From Brevinematia bacterium (GTDB lineage Bacteria > Spirochaetota > Brevinematia > DTOW01), in NCBI GenBank assembly GCA_039630355.1, contig JBCNVF010000019.1, positions 2,142 through 66,141 of the forward strand: a stretch of DNA of 64,000 nucleotides, read 5' to 3'. Numbering within the stretch: the first letter of the stretch is position 1; every line of letters begins with the position of its first letter. Below the pieces are notes generated by a model that was not told where the DNA came from, ran no database searches, and saw only the letters and a list, made by a program, of their open reading frames with translations. The translations under genes and the position numbers were made by a program. Positions 18,808 to 29,214 of the stretch are shown piece after piece.

Positions 18808-21609
18808 ATGGGGCTATTGGAGAAAATCTTTGGTACGAAGCACGAGAGAGATATAAGGAAGATAAGGCCAATTGTTGAGAAAGTTGGAGAGCTTGAGAGG
18901 GAGTATGATAAGTTAAGCAATGTTGAGTTGATACAGTTAGCGTCAGCACTGAGGGATAAAGTTAGGAAGCAAGGTGAAGTTAAGGAGGAAGACTTTATAG
19001 AGGGTGCTACGCTTGTTAGGGAGGCTGCGAAGAGAACTCTGGGAATGAGGCATTTTGATGTGCAGATAATAGGTGCTACTGTATTGTTTCAAGGCAAGAT
19101 AGCGGAGATGAAAACAGGGGAGGGTAAAACTTTAGTAGCAACAATACCGCTTTTTGTGGAATCCCTGACTGGTAATAATGTTCAGTTGGTAACGGTTAAC
19201 GACTATCTTGCCAGAAGAGATGCTGAATGGATGGGGCCAATATACCTTTTTCTAGGTGCAAGTGTGGGGGTGATAAATCCTAACGATAGGAGTTATGTAG
19301 TTGAGTGGAACAATCCACAGGAAGCACAATACGCAATTGTAAATGATCTTAGAGTTTGGCCTAGGGGAGACTTTACGGATGATATACTACCAGAGGATAA
19401 GCTTAACAGGAAAGTTAGCGAGTATTTTAAGGTAAAGCTTGTTAGCGCTACTAAAAAGTCTGCTTACATTGCGGACATAACTTATGGAACAAACAATGAA
19501 TTTGGGTTTGACTATCTTAGGGACAACATGGTTTACTCAATTGAGGACAAGGTCCAGAGAGGACATTATTATGCAATAATTGACGAAGTTGACTCTATAC
19601 TTATAGATGAAGCTAGAACTCCTCTTATAATTTCGGGTCCTTCTATGGAGAATACTGAGATATATGTTCTTGCTGACAATGTAGCTAGGAAACTCAAGCC
19701 TGCGCAAGTTGATAGCGAAGGTAAACCTATTCCTAATACTGGTGACTTTGTAATAGACGAAAAAGACAAGAACGCCTACCTCACAGAGGAGGGAATGAGA
19801 AAGGTTGAGGAACTTACCGGGACAAAAGATTTGTTTAGTGCTCTCAGTTCTAAAAGTCTTATGCTTATACACTCTATCAATCAGGCGATAAGGGCTCACT
19901 ATCTCTTCAAAAGGGATGTTGATTACTCCATCGTTGGTGGGGAGGTTGTGATAATAGATGAATTTACGGGCAGGTATATGTTTGGTAGAAGGTGGAGTGA
20001 CGGATTACACCAAGCTATTGAAGCTAAAGAGAGGGTAGCAATAAAACAGGAGTTCAGAACCCTTGCAACCATAACCTTCCAGAACTATTTTAGGATGTAT
20101 AAGAAACTTGCCGGTATGACGGGAACTGCAGAGACCGAAGCAGAAGAGTTTTGGAAAATATACCATCTTGACGTTGTTGTAATTCCTACGCATAAGCCTG
20201 TGAGAAGAGTTGATGCTGACGATAAGGTATTTGCGACGGAAAAGGAGAAACTAGAGGCAGTTGTGAGAGAGATCAAAGAGCTCCATAAGAAAGGAGTTCC
20301 TGTGCTTGTGGGAACAATCTCTGTGGAGAAGTCGGAAATTCTTTCTAAAATGCTGTCTAAAGAAAAGATACCCCACAATGTCCTTAACGCTAAAAACCAC
20401 GAAAAGGAGGCTAAAATAATTGCTGAAGCTGGAAAGAAGTTCGCAGTAACTGTTGCTACAAACATGGCGGGTAGAGGAGTGGATATAAAACTTGGTGAGG
20501 GGGTTAGAGAACTTGGTGGGCTTCACATCATAGGCACGGAAAGACATGAAGCAAGAAGAATTGACAATCAGCTAAGAGGTAGAGCTGGCAGACAGGGAGA
20601 TCCTGGATTTACAAGGTTTTATATCTCCTTTGAGGACGAATTGCTGAGGTTGTTTGGATCTGATAGACTCAAGAGGTTAGCGAAGATCATGAAGTGGGAA
20701 TATGGTCAAGAGTTAGAACATAGATTGCTAACTTCGGCTATAGAGAATGCTCAGAAGAGAGTTGAGAGATATAACTTTGAAATAAGAAGATATCTTCTAG
20801 AGTATGATAATGTTCTAAATGAACAGAGAAATATAGTTTATTCTCTAAGGGATAAAATTCTGCGTAAAGAGGGAATTGATGAATTAGTGAAGAAGATGAT
20901 TTCGGATTATTTTTTTGACAAAAGCTCTGAAAAGTCTACATTTACGATAGATGACATATTATCTCTGATTAAGAATACTTTCCTTTTAGATGTGAGTGAA
21001 GAGTTTATTAGGGAGCAACTTAAAGCTTCTGCTAACGAAGAGGAGAGAAACGATAAAATTGCGGAACTTGTGTATCAAGGTATAAGGTGGCGAATGGGAA
21101 AGGGTGTTTCTGATGAAAGATTCTATGAAGGAATAGGGTTTATTCTTCTCAATATAATTGATATGAAGTGGGTAGACCATCTTTATAAAATTGATGAACT
21201 TAGGGAGGGTATAACTCTTAGGTCCTATGGTGAAAGAAATCCTTTGGTTGAGTTTAAGCTGGATGCTTATGAAATATTTCACAATACTATGAAGGAAATA
21301 AGAAGTGAGTTTTGTAGGTTAATTTCTAGGCTTAGGATGGCTGAAGAAGTTCAAGTTGCAAAGGTTGTTACTACTCCTTGGGATAAGATGTATCAGAAGC
21401 ATGACGAACTTGGGCAGTTTGAGGCTAAAAATCCTTTTGCTTTTGTTACCCAGCAGAGGGAAAGCGGAACAATAAGAGCGGTGAAGCGACCTGGTCCCAA
21501 TGATCCTTGCTGGTGTGGTAGTGGTAAAAAGTACAAAAAGTGTCATATGGACTCGGATAAATACTCTGACATTGAGTCATCGGGAATAACTTATATAAAC
21601 AGGAAGTAG
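18808..21609 (+). CDS. secA: Preprotein translocase ATPase SecA (start at MGLLEKIFG)
   Basis: DEAD-like motor domains, and C-terminal zinc finger CWCGSGKKYKKCH. Confidence 0.95.
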   Translation: MGLLEKIFGTKHERDIRKIRPIVEKVGELEREYDKLSNVELIQLASALRDKVRKQGEVKEEDFIEGATLVREAAKRTLGMRHFDVQIIGATVLFQGKIAEMKTGEGKTLVATIPLFVESLTGNNVQLVTVNDYLARRDAEWMGPIYLFLGASVGVINPNDRSYVVEWNNPQEAQYAIVNDLRVWPRGDFTDDILPEDKLNRKVSEYFKVKLVSATKKSAYIADITYGTNNEFGFDYLRDNMVYSIEDKVQRGHYYAIIDEVDSILIDEARTPLIISGPSMENTEIYVLADNVARKLKPAQVDSEGKPIPNTGDFVIDEKDKNAYLTEEGMRKVEELTGTKDLFSALSSKSLMLIHSINQAIRAHYLFKRDVDYSIVGGEVVIIDEFTGRYMFGRRWSDGLHQAIEAKERVAIKQEFRTLATITFQNYFRMYKKLAGMTGTAETEAEEFWKIYHLDVVVIPTHKPVRRVDADDKVFATEKEKLEAVVREIKELHKKGVPVLVGTISVEKSEILSKMLSKEKIPHNVLNAKNHEKEAKIIAEAGKKFAVTVATNMAGRGVDIKLGEGVRELGGLHIIGTERHEARRIDNQLRGRAGRQGDPGFTRFYISFEDELLRLFGSDRLKRLAKIMKWEYGQELEHRLLTSAIENAQKRVERYNFEIRRYLLEYDNVLNEQRNIVYSLRDKILRKEGIDELVKKMISDYFFDKSSEKSTFTIDDILSLIKNTFLLDVSEEFIREQLKASANEEERNDKIAELVYQGIRWRMGKGVSDERFYEGIGFILLNIIDMKWVDHLYKIDELREGITLRSYGERNPLVEFKLDAYEIFHNTMKEIRSEFCRLISRLRMAEEVQVAKVVTTPWDKMYQKHDELGQFEAKNPFAFVTQQRESGTIRAVKRPGPNDPCWCGSGKKYKKCHMDSDKYSDIESSGITYINRK

Positions 21610-21610
21610 C

Positions 21611-22204
21611 ATGTTTGAATACTTTGTAGGAAAGGTTACCGAGGTTGAGGAAAATAGGATTGTGGTTGAAGTTAACAACATTGGCTATAGTATTCTGTTG
21701 CCTCTGAGGGATGTAAACTTGTTGGAGGTGAATAGAGAGTATAAGATTTATGTTCATAAGCACGTTTACGAAGATGGTGAGGAGTTGTATGGGTTTATTG
21801 ATAGGGACTCAAAGAAACTTTTTCTAGTTTTGACAGGGGTTAGTAATGTTGGTCCTAGAATAGCTTTGAGAATCTTATCCTACCTTTCTCCTTCAGAAAT
21901 AGTAAGAGCTGTAACTACGAATAAACCCGAGGTGATATCAGCAATCAAAGGTGTAGGTGATAAGGTTGCCGAGAGGATAGTAGCAGAACTGAAGAATACA
22001 ATTCATCGGCTTGGAATTAAAGTTGAGGGAGAGGAGTCAAACTTTGATGATCTTGTAAAGGCCTTAAGAAGTTTGGGGTATAACCAGAATGAAATACTTT
22101 TTGCAATCAATACTGTAAGGAAACAAAATCCTAATCTTCTTTACCTTGATCTTTCTTCGGCGCTACATCTATGTCTGTCTGCTTTAAAAAGTAGCTCTAA
22201 GTAG
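21611..22204 (+). CDS. ruvA: Holliday junction branch-migration protein RuvA
   Basis: MFEYFVGKVTEVEENRIVVEVNNIGYSILLP OB-fold N-terminus plus HhH domain; 197 aa. No ruvB adjacent. Confidence 0.88.
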   Translation: MFEYFVGKVTEVEENRIVVEVNNIGYSILLPLRDVNLLEVNREYKIYVHKHVYEDGEELYGFIDRDSKKLFLVLTGVSNVGPRIALRILSYLSPSEIVRAVTTNKPEVISAIKGVGDKVAERIVAELKNTIHRLGIKVEGEESNFDDLVKALRSLGYNQNEILFAINTVRKQNPNLLYLDLSSALHLCLSALKSSSK

Positions 22205-22305
22205 TTGGTAAAAGGTGTAGGTTTAAAGCTTGAGGAGGTAAAAGTTTCGTTTTGTTGGAAGGTGTAGATTTGAATAAGTACGGGTAAGTAATTAAATTTA
22301 TATTT

Positions 22306-23373
22306 ATGATAGAAAGTGTAGTTTTTGATAAGATGATGCCGGTTCAGGCGAAGGAAGATAGTAGCTTTATAGTATACACAGTTACAACGCTTTCTAGAAA
22401 TATTGATGGGTATGATATACCTGTAAGATTGGGGGAGAAACAGAAGAAGGAGATAAATTCAAAGATAATGGAATTTCTGAAAACCCTGCCGGAGTATGAT
22501 AATCTAGTTGATGCTACATCTATCACTGGTAGGGATAATGAGCTTCTAGGGCTGATAGATAGGGAAATAATAGACTATGATTTAATTAGGTTTCTGAATG
22601 TTAAGAACAAAATGTTGAGGTTGTTTTTTGATCAGAAGGTAAATTACGTTATTGCTACTAATGCCTATGATCATTTTTCAGTTAGAAGCACTTTTGTGAG
22701 TAACGGTATAGATAGATCTTTTGATATAGTGGAGAGGTTTAGTATACTGTTTGATGAGTATTTTGTGCCTGCTTTTAGCAAGATGTATGGGTATATAACT
22801 AGTGATATTTCTACAATAGGTCATGGTGTGAAGGTAAAGTTTCTTATGAATGTTTGGGGACTTAGAAACTCAGGTTCTCTGGAGAGTGTTCTTGAAGTTC
22901 TTTCATCAAACGGGGTATTTTACAACCACAATCCTTTGTATGATAGGACGAACTTTATGGAGTTTACGTATGTATTCCAACCAGATGAATCTATGGTTGC
23001 CAATAAGGTTATCTTCAAATCTCTGCTTGAGAAGGTTCGGGAGATAGAACTGGATGAGAGAAAAAAGCTTGGAATGAGGTATACTTCAAGAAGTCTATAC
23101 AGGGAGTATAATGATCTTAAGAATACTATAAAGAGTGCAAACTTTATTCATTACAAGGCGTTTTTGGGGCTTATGTCCAAGTTGAGTATGATCTCGTTGT
23201 TTAGTGATAATGATGAGGAAAGCTTTGCATACCTAAGTGAGATGATCAACTTTCTTATACTTCTCCTTAGAGATGCTAGTATAATGTTGTATTCTAATAT
23301 TCCTCCTACTGAGTCTTTTATTGGTAAGGAAAGGGCAAGTATTCTTAGAAAGTTTTTCAACCTATCAGTGTAG
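22306..23373 (+). CDS. McsB-like ATP:guanido phosphotransferase family protein (protein arginine kinase homolog), divergent
   Basis: VYTVTTLSRNIDGYDIP resembles McsB VLSSRIRLARN-x5-FP. ATNAYDHFSVRS resembles NEEDHIRIQ. PAFSKMYGYITSDISTIGHGVKVKFLMNVWGL resembles YAF-x4-GYLTSCPTNVGTGLRAS-x-MMHLPAL, but the catalytic Cys position is Asp here. Confidence 0.45.
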   Translation: MIESVVFDKMMPVQAKEDSSFIVYTVTTLSRNIDGYDIPVRLGEKQKKEINSKIMEFLKTLPEYDNLVDATSITGRDNELLGLIDREIIDYDLIRFLNVKNKMLRLFFDQKVNYVIATNAYDHFSVRSTFVSNGIDRSFDIVERFSILFDEYFVPAFSKMYGYITSDISTIGHGVKVKFLMNVWGLRNSGSLESVLEVLSSNGVFYNHNPLYDRTNFMEFTYVFQPDESMVANKVIFKSLLEKVREIELDERKKLGMRYTSRSLYREYNDLKNTIKSANFIHYKAFLGLMSKLSMISLFSDNDEESFAYLSEMINFLILLLRDASIMLYSNIPPTESFIGKERASILRKFFNLSV

Positions 23374-24906
23374 TTAAGTAGGTAGAACTACGTAGAAGAT
23401 ACATCCTTTACCTACACCTTTCGTTTTGGGGATTATTTTAGCATTCAGCATATCAGCAAACTTTTTTGAGAGAGATAGCCCAATACCAGTTCCTGAGAAC
23501 CTTTTATTCCTCACGTTTTCAAGTTGGGTAAACGGTGTGAAGATTTTTTTTAGATCTGATTCCTTCATACCTATTCCGGTATCTTCAATCTTGAAAATTA
23601 CATTGTTAGGTTTTGTGTATATAGATACTTTTACCCAGCCTTTTTCGGTAAACTTTACAGCGTTAGATATCAGGTTTACTAGGATGGATTTTATCATCAT
23701 GTAGTCTGTATTTATAGTCATATCGCCAGTGTTGTTTTCTATGTAAAAGTCTATGTTTTTGTTTTTAGAAAGGACCTTTCCATATCTTTCCAATTCTTCG
23801 GAGATCTCCTTAACTTGTATTCTGGTGAAGATAGGTTTCATTGCTCCTGCTTCTATTTTTGATAGATCAAGTATGTTGTTTATCATCCCAAGTAGCGATG
23901 TTCCTGCAAACATTATGTAATCAAGGTATTTATCCTGCTCACTTTTTGGAAAGTCTCCCATTTTTAGAAGTTCTACGAAGCCCAATATGGCGTTAAGAGG
24001 TGTTCTTAGTTCATGCGAAACGTTTGCAACAAACTCCGATTTCAGTCTTGATAATTCTTCAGCTCTCTTTTTTGCCCTTATGAGGTTTATATTCATCTCG
24101 TAGAGTTTTATTCTGTGTGTCATTACAAAGGAGAGAATCTTTAGGATTTCTTTGTCAATCTCGGTTACGCTTTCTTTTGTTTCTTTAAACTCCACGAGTA
24201 GTATTCCTTTTGTTTCGTTAAACTCTCTTAGAGGAACTATTCCGACAAGCCTGTGCTTGTTGTTTTGGGAGGTTGCTATATTAAGGAATATCTCTTTTTC
24301 GCCTGACAGAATCTTTTTTATGTTTATCAGTATTTCCTTGTTCTTTAGAATTTCTTTTTCTATGCCGATTGCCGATACTACTTCCATTCTTTTGTTAGAC
24401 AAGATTGCAATTATTGCTTTGTCAATATCGGTGAAAGTTGTTAAGGAGATCAATGAGTGAGATAGGGCATTTTTTATTGAGATCTCATATATCAGTGGCT
24501 CTATGGAGAATACTAAAGCTTTGAGATACTTGAATCTTGTGTAAATAGTTTCAAATTTTTCATGGTTTTTGAGAAAATTGTCTATAATGGCGTAGGATAA
24601 TATTATCTCTTCCTTACTTGTAAAGGAGTTTATGTCAAAGTAGAGGAAATAGTTGTTTAATTTCATTACACATTCTACATCTTTGTAGTTTATTTGTTCT
24701 TGGGTTTCTCTGATGAGGTTGAGGATGTGTTTTGTTGATTTGTTGCCGAAACCATATATTATTTCTCTCTGGTTACCAAAGAAGAAGTTTTTGGTTCCAA
24801 ACTTTATAGAAAAGATGACACTTATCTTTTGGAAGATTTCTGACAATTTTGAGCCAACTGATAGTACTTCTAGAAGCTCATTCATAAAGCTAGTATTCCA
24901 TGCCAT
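23374..24906 (-). CDS. Cytoplasmic sensor histidine kinase (GAF-like N-terminal region, HisKA + HATPase_c)
   Basis: H-box FVANVSHELRTPLNAILGF; N, G1 and G2 boxes (NLISNAVKFT, DTGIGM, GTGIGLSL). No TM segments. Confidence 0.88.
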   Translation of the reverse strand: MAWNTSFMNELLEVLSVGSKLSEIFQKISVIFSIKFGTKNFFFGNQREIIYGFGNKSTKHILNLIRETQEQINYKDVECVMKLNNYFLYFDINSFTSKEEIILSYAIIDNFLKNHEKFETIYTRFKYLKALVFSIEPLIYEISIKNALSHSLISLTTFTDIDKAIIAILSNKRMEVVSAIGIEKEILKNKEILINIKKILSGEKEIFLNIATSQNNKHRLVGIVPLREFNETKGILLVEFKETKESVTEIDKEILKILSFVMTHRIKLYEMNINLIRAKKRAEELSRLKSEFVANVSHELRTPLNAILGFVELLKMGDFPKSEQDKYLDYIMFAGTSLLGMINNILDLSKIEAGAMKPIFTRIQVKEISEELERYGKVLSKNKNIDFYIENNTGDMTINTDYMMIKSILVNLISNAVKFTEKGWVKVSIYTKPNNVIFKIEDTGIGMKESDLKKIFTPFTQLENVRNKRFSGTGIGLSLSKKFADMLNAKIIPKTKGVGKGCIFYVVLPT

Positions 24907-24914
24907 GTTTGTAT

Positions 24915-25652
24915 CTATTCGTCAAAATCTTTAAAAATGTCAACATTAGTTTCTTCTTTTTCTCTTTTGATGTCTATTAGGTCTCTAAATTCCTCAAAGC
25001 TTTCCTTGGTGATGTAGACTTCTCTTATTCCGAGGGATTTAAGCTTTTCAGTAATCTTACTATCTATCGTCGTACCTTCCTTGTATATTATTGTCCTATT
25101 TTTAACAACAGGTTCTCCCAAGATCATACCTTCTATCAAGTCATCTACTGATATTCTTATTCCTGTTTCTAATTCTCTTTTGTTGACTCTTTCTGGAGAC
25201 TCATTTCGTAGAAGAGCTACAGTTTCTTCATCTTTTTGGAGGCTGGATTTTTCTTGAAGGTGGTGGTTCTGAGTTGTTCCTCTTATTTCTTCTTGTATTA
25301 TTACCTTTTTCAGGGTTTCCAGTAGTTTAGTAGGGGAAACCGGTTTGACTAAGTAAGCTTTGATGTTATACGAAGCCATTTCCTTCACATCATACACTGA
25401 TGAACTAGCACTTACCACTATTATTGGTATTCCCTGATATCTTGGGTCTTTTGATATCTCGCTTGCAAACCTAAATCCACTCATACCTGGCATGTAGAGG
25501 TCAAGCAGTATTATGTCTGGAGTAACATTCTTTAGTATTTCTAGAGCTTCCATGCCATTTCTTGCTGTTATTACCTCAAAACCTTTCATGTTAAGGGTGT
25601 CTGCAAATAATCTCAAGTTCAAAGGATTGTCTTCAACTATTAACACCTTCAT
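24915..25652 (-). CDS. Response regulator: REC domain plus uncharacterised C-terminal domain (DUF3391-like)
   Basis: MKVLIVEDNPLNLRLF...DIILLDLYMPGMSGF receiver with phospho-acceptor Asp. C-terminal about 110 aa (GIRISVDDLIEGMILGEPVV...LGIREVYI) resembles the N-terminal domain found in HD-GYP proteins. Confidence 0.8.
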   Translation of the reverse strand: MKVLIVEDNPLNLRLFADTLNMKGFEVITARNGMEALEILKNVTPDIILLDLYMPGMSGFRFASEISKDPRYQGIPIIVVSASSSVYDVKEMASYNIKAYLVKPVSPTKLLETLKKVIIQEEIRGTTQNHHLQEKSSLQKDEETVALLRNESPERVNKRELETGIRISVDDLIEGMILGEPVVKNRTIIYKEGTTIDSKITEKLKSLGIREVYITKESFEEFRDLIDIKREKEETNVDIFKDFDE

Positions 25653-25980
25653 AACACAAGAAAATATTATATATCATTGGAATTTCTTTCAACATTTTTA
25701 CGAGATTTTCGTCAAAACCTTTTACCCTCTTTTGGTTATATTACTAGGTGTTGTATTTTTGTGTGATTTGAAGATGTAGGTAAGAGTGGAGAGTGTTTAC
25801 GGAGAATATGTGTAGTGTTGGGGTTTTGTTTGTAGGTATTACATATAGATAGTTTCAGTAGCTAGCTCTGGGCTTATTACTTTGTTTGTCAGTTTAGCTG
25901 AGCTTTTATGCAAACTTCGGACTTTGATATTGTTTTGTCTTTTTTATTAAAATTTATAGTAACTTTGGGGGCATAGGCTT

Positions 25981-28512
25981 ATGTCAGGTGGTAGTTTAAG
26001 CAGACTAGTTAAGGATCCTGTAACAAGGAAGATACTCAAGGAGTATAAGGAAGGTTGTGATGTAGACTCAATAAAATCTTCTTTTGCAAAGCATTTAAAG
26101 TATTCTATGGTTAAAGATGAGTATTCCGCTACGGATTTGGATAAGCTTTTCAGTTTAGCTTTGACTGTAAGGGATAGGCTTGTAGAAAAGTGGATAAAGA
26201 CACAGCAGAGGTACTATGAGATTCCCGATATTAAGAGAGTATATTATTTTTCACTTGAGTTTCTGATCGGGAGGATGTTGGTAAACAACATGATTAATCT
26301 AAGGATAGATGAGGAAGTAAGAAAGGCGATGGAAGATATAGGAATAGACATTGAGAAGTTAGCGGAACTTGAGGAAGATCCTGGTCTCGGTAACGGTGGA
26401 CTAGGAAGGCTTGCTTCTTGTTTTCTTGATTCACTGGCTACGATGGGTTATCCTGCTTATGGGTATGGTATAAGGTATGAGTTTGGAATATTCAAGCAAG
26501 TTTTCCAGAATGGTTATCAAATTGAAAAGCCGGAGGAATGGTTGAAGTTTGGTAATCCTTGGGAAATAGAAAGGCCGGAATATACTGTGCCTGTGAAGTT
26601 TTATGGTAGGGTTCATTCATATGTCAAGGGTGGAGAGTTGAAATTTGAATGGGTTGATACCCATGATGTTCTAGCGGTTCCTTATGATACTCCTGTGGTA
26701 GGCTATGATACAAATACTGTGAATACATTGAGATTGTGGTCTGCTAGAGCTTCAGAGGAGTTTGATCTACAGATATTCAACCATGGTGATTACATAAAAG
26801 CCGTTGAGAATAAAAATTTATCCGAAGTTATTTCTAAGGTTTTGTATCCGAATGATAACATATATGAAGGTAAAGAGTTAAGGTTGAAACAGGAGTATTT
26901 TTTTGTTTCTGCTTCACTTCAGGATATAATAAGAAGGTTTAAGAAACAATTTGGAAACAATTTTGAAATCTTTCCGGACAGAGTTGCTATACAGCTTAAT
27001 GACACTCATCCAGCGCTTGCTATACCAGAGCTTATGAGAATATTGGTTGACATTGAGGAAGTGCCGTGGAACAAAGCTTGGGATATAACAGTAAGAACTT
27101 TTGGCTACACAAACCACACTGTAATGCCAGAAGCCTTAGAGAAGTGGGAGGTTACCTTGATTGAGAGACTTTTCCCACGGCATCTGCAGATTATAACCGA
27201 AATAAACAGAAGGTTTCTAAACGAAGTTTCAGTAAGATTCAATGATATGAACAAGATAAGAAATGTTTCCATATTTGAGGAAGGCCCTTCAAAGATGGTG
27301 AGGATGGCAAATCTATGTGTTGTGGGTTCACATTCTGTAAACGGTGTTTCGGAACTGCATACTAGAATTCTGAAGAATAGTGTGATGAAGGACTTCTATG
27401 AGATATTTCCAGAGAGGTTTAACAACAAAACAAATGGCGTGACTCAGAGAAGATGGTTACTGGTTGCTAACCCAGCTTTGAGTAAATTGATAACTGATGC
27501 GATCGGCGATGGTTGGATCAAGGACCTAAGTGAGCTTAGAAAGCTTGAAAAATATTCTGATGATAAGAGCTTTCTTGAAATGTTCTACAAGGTAAAACAG
27601 CACAATAAGGAGAGGTTAGCAAAATATGTTAAGGAGGTATGTGATATTAAGATTGACCCTCTCAGTATCTTTGATGTCCAAGTCAAGAGATTACACGAGT
27701 ATAAGAGACAGTTGCTCAATGCTATGCACATAATATACCTGTATAACCAGCTGAAGGATAATCCAAATTTAGATATGTATCCTAGGACATTTATATTTGG
27801 TGCAAAATCGGCTCCAGGGTACTACATGGCAAAACTTATCATAAAGCTTATAAATAGCATAGCGGAGACTATCAATAGAGATAAAAGTGTAAATGAGAAG
27901 ATAAGAGTTGTATTTGTGCCCAATTATAATGTTTCTCTAGCAGAGAAAATAATACCATCTGCAAACATTAGTGAACAGATATCTACTGCTGGTAAGGAAG
28001 CATCCGGAACAGGAAATATGAAATTTGCCCTTAATGGAGCTTTAACAATAGGAACTCTTGATGGAGCAAATATTGAGATTATGGAAGAGGTAGGAGAGGA
28101 GAATATATTCATCTTTGGTCTTAGGGCAGAAGAAGTTGCCGAACTGAGAATGACAGGGAAATACAACCCTTATGAGATATACAACTCTGACGCAAATATC
28201 AAGAGAATACTTGATATGATAAACAATAGTTACTTTGCTCCCAAGGAGCAAGGAATATTTGAGCCTATCTATAATTCATTACTCTTTGGAAGAGGAGGGT
28301 CTGCTCCTGATGAGTATTTCCTACTTGCTGACTTTAATAGCTATAAAGATACTCACCAGAAAATTTCTGCTCTTTACGAGAATAAGTATGAGTGGAACAA
28401 GAAAGCACTACTTAATGTTGCAAGAATTGGCAAATTCTCCAGTGATAGGACGATAAGGGAATATGCTGAAGAGATATGGAAAGTCAAACCCGTGAAGGTT
28501 GAGATAGATTAG
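25981..28512 (+). CDS. glgP: Glycogen/maltodextrin phosphorylase
   Basis: 843 aa; TNHTVMPEALE, NGVSELH, and PLP-lysine region EASGTGNMKFALNGALTIGTLDGANIE. Confidence 0.95.
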   Translation: MSGGSLSRLVKDPVTRKILKEYKEGCDVDSIKSSFAKHLKYSMVKDEYSATDLDKLFSLALTVRDRLVEKWIKTQQRYYEIPDIKRVYYFSLEFLIGRMLVNNMINLRIDEEVRKAMEDIGIDIEKLAELEEDPGLGNGGLGRLASCFLDSLATMGYPAYGYGIRYEFGIFKQVFQNGYQIEKPEEWLKFGNPWEIERPEYTVPVKFYGRVHSYVKGGELKFEWVDTHDVLAVPYDTPVVGYDTNTVNTLRLWSARASEEFDLQIFNHGDYIKAVENKNLSEVISKVLYPNDNIYEGKELRLKQEYFFVSASLQDIIRRFKKQFGNNFEIFPDRVAIQLNDTHPALAIPELMRILVDIEEVPWNKAWDITVRTFGYTNHTVMPEALEKWEVTLIERLFPRHLQIITEINRRFLNEVSVRFNDMNKIRNVSIFEEGPSKMVRMANLCVVGSHSVNGVSELHTRILKNSVMKDFYEIFPERFNNKTNGVTQRRWLLVANPALSKLITDAIGDGWIKDLSELRKLEKYSDDKSFLEMFYKVKQHNKERLAKYVKEVCDIKIDPLSIFDVQVKRLHEYKRQLLNAMHIIYLYNQLKDNPNLDMYPRTFIFGAKSAPGYYMAKLIIKLINSIAETINRDKSVNEKIRVVFVPNYNVSLAEKIIPSANISEQISTAGKEASGTGNMKFALNGALTIGTLDGANIEIMEEVGEENIFIFGLRAEEVAELRMTGKYNPYEIYNSDANIKRILDMINNSYFAPKEQGIFEPIYNSLLFGRGGSAPDEYFLLADFNSYKDTHQKISALYENKYEWNKKALLNVARIGKFSSDRTIREYAEEIWKVKPVKVEID

Positions 28513-28517
28513 GATGA

Positions 28518-28535
28518 GGGGAGCTTATGCTCCCC
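28518..28535. terminator. Bidirectional hairpin between convergent glgP and hup (GGGGAGC-TTAT-GCTCCCC)
   Basis: Perfect 7-bp GC-rich stem with a 4-nt loop, 5 nt after the glgP stop and 15 nt after the hup stop. No strong U-tract. Confidence 0.45.
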
Positions 28536-28549
28536 TAGATAAAGGGGTT

Positions 28550-28828
28550 TTACTTGACAATTTTCTTTAACTTGCTTCCAACCTTGAACACTGGATAGTT
28601 TCTGGCGGGAATTGTAATCTTCTGCTTGGTCTTTGGGTTGATAGCGGTTCTTTGGGCTCTTTGCTTTACGGAGAGAGTGAAATACCCTACCAGTGAAAGC
28701 GTCCCCTTGTTCTTAACCACTTTCTCAAGTTCCTTCAGTAAGGCGTCAATAACTTGAGAAACAGCCTTTTGGCTGAGCTTGGTGGAACCTGAAATGTTCC
28801 TAATAAGCTCCTTTTTGTTCATAGGCAA
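28550..28828 (-). CDS. hup: DNA-binding protein HU
   Basis: MNKKELIRNISGSTKLSQKAVSQVIDALL...RNYPVFKVGSKLKK; 92 aa HU/IHF fold with the arm motif. Confidence 0.92.
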   Translation of the reverse strand: MPMNKKELIRNISGSTKLSQKAVSQVIDALLKELEKVVKNKGTLSLVGYFTLSVKQRAQRTAINPKTKQKITIPARNYPVFKVGSKLKKIVK

Positions 28829-29214
28829 ACCTCCTTTACATTCTTTATTTTATTTATCAGGCTTAACGTTGTCAAGAAAATTTTCTCTAGAATACTATAT
28901 TTTGGGTGTTTGATCTCTTCTCTTTTGTTGATAAGTTCAAGTTTGGAAATTTTTTTGCTTTTCTGTTAATGCAGAGAGTGAGACTGTAGCAATAGGTTCT
29001 AGAGTTTAATGATTGGGTATAGTTTTTCTTTCACTTTTCTTGCATTTTCTCTCAGGATTGGGTAAAATAGTTTTCTTAGTGAAGTCCGGAGGCTGTGTAG
29101 AGTGAGATATAAAATTAGACTTTGCTGGTAAGAGGATTTCATTTTTAATATTATGGAGGGTTTGTATTAGAATTTCGTTATCGTAGAGCGAAGAAGTAAG
29201 GAGAGTATAAGACT

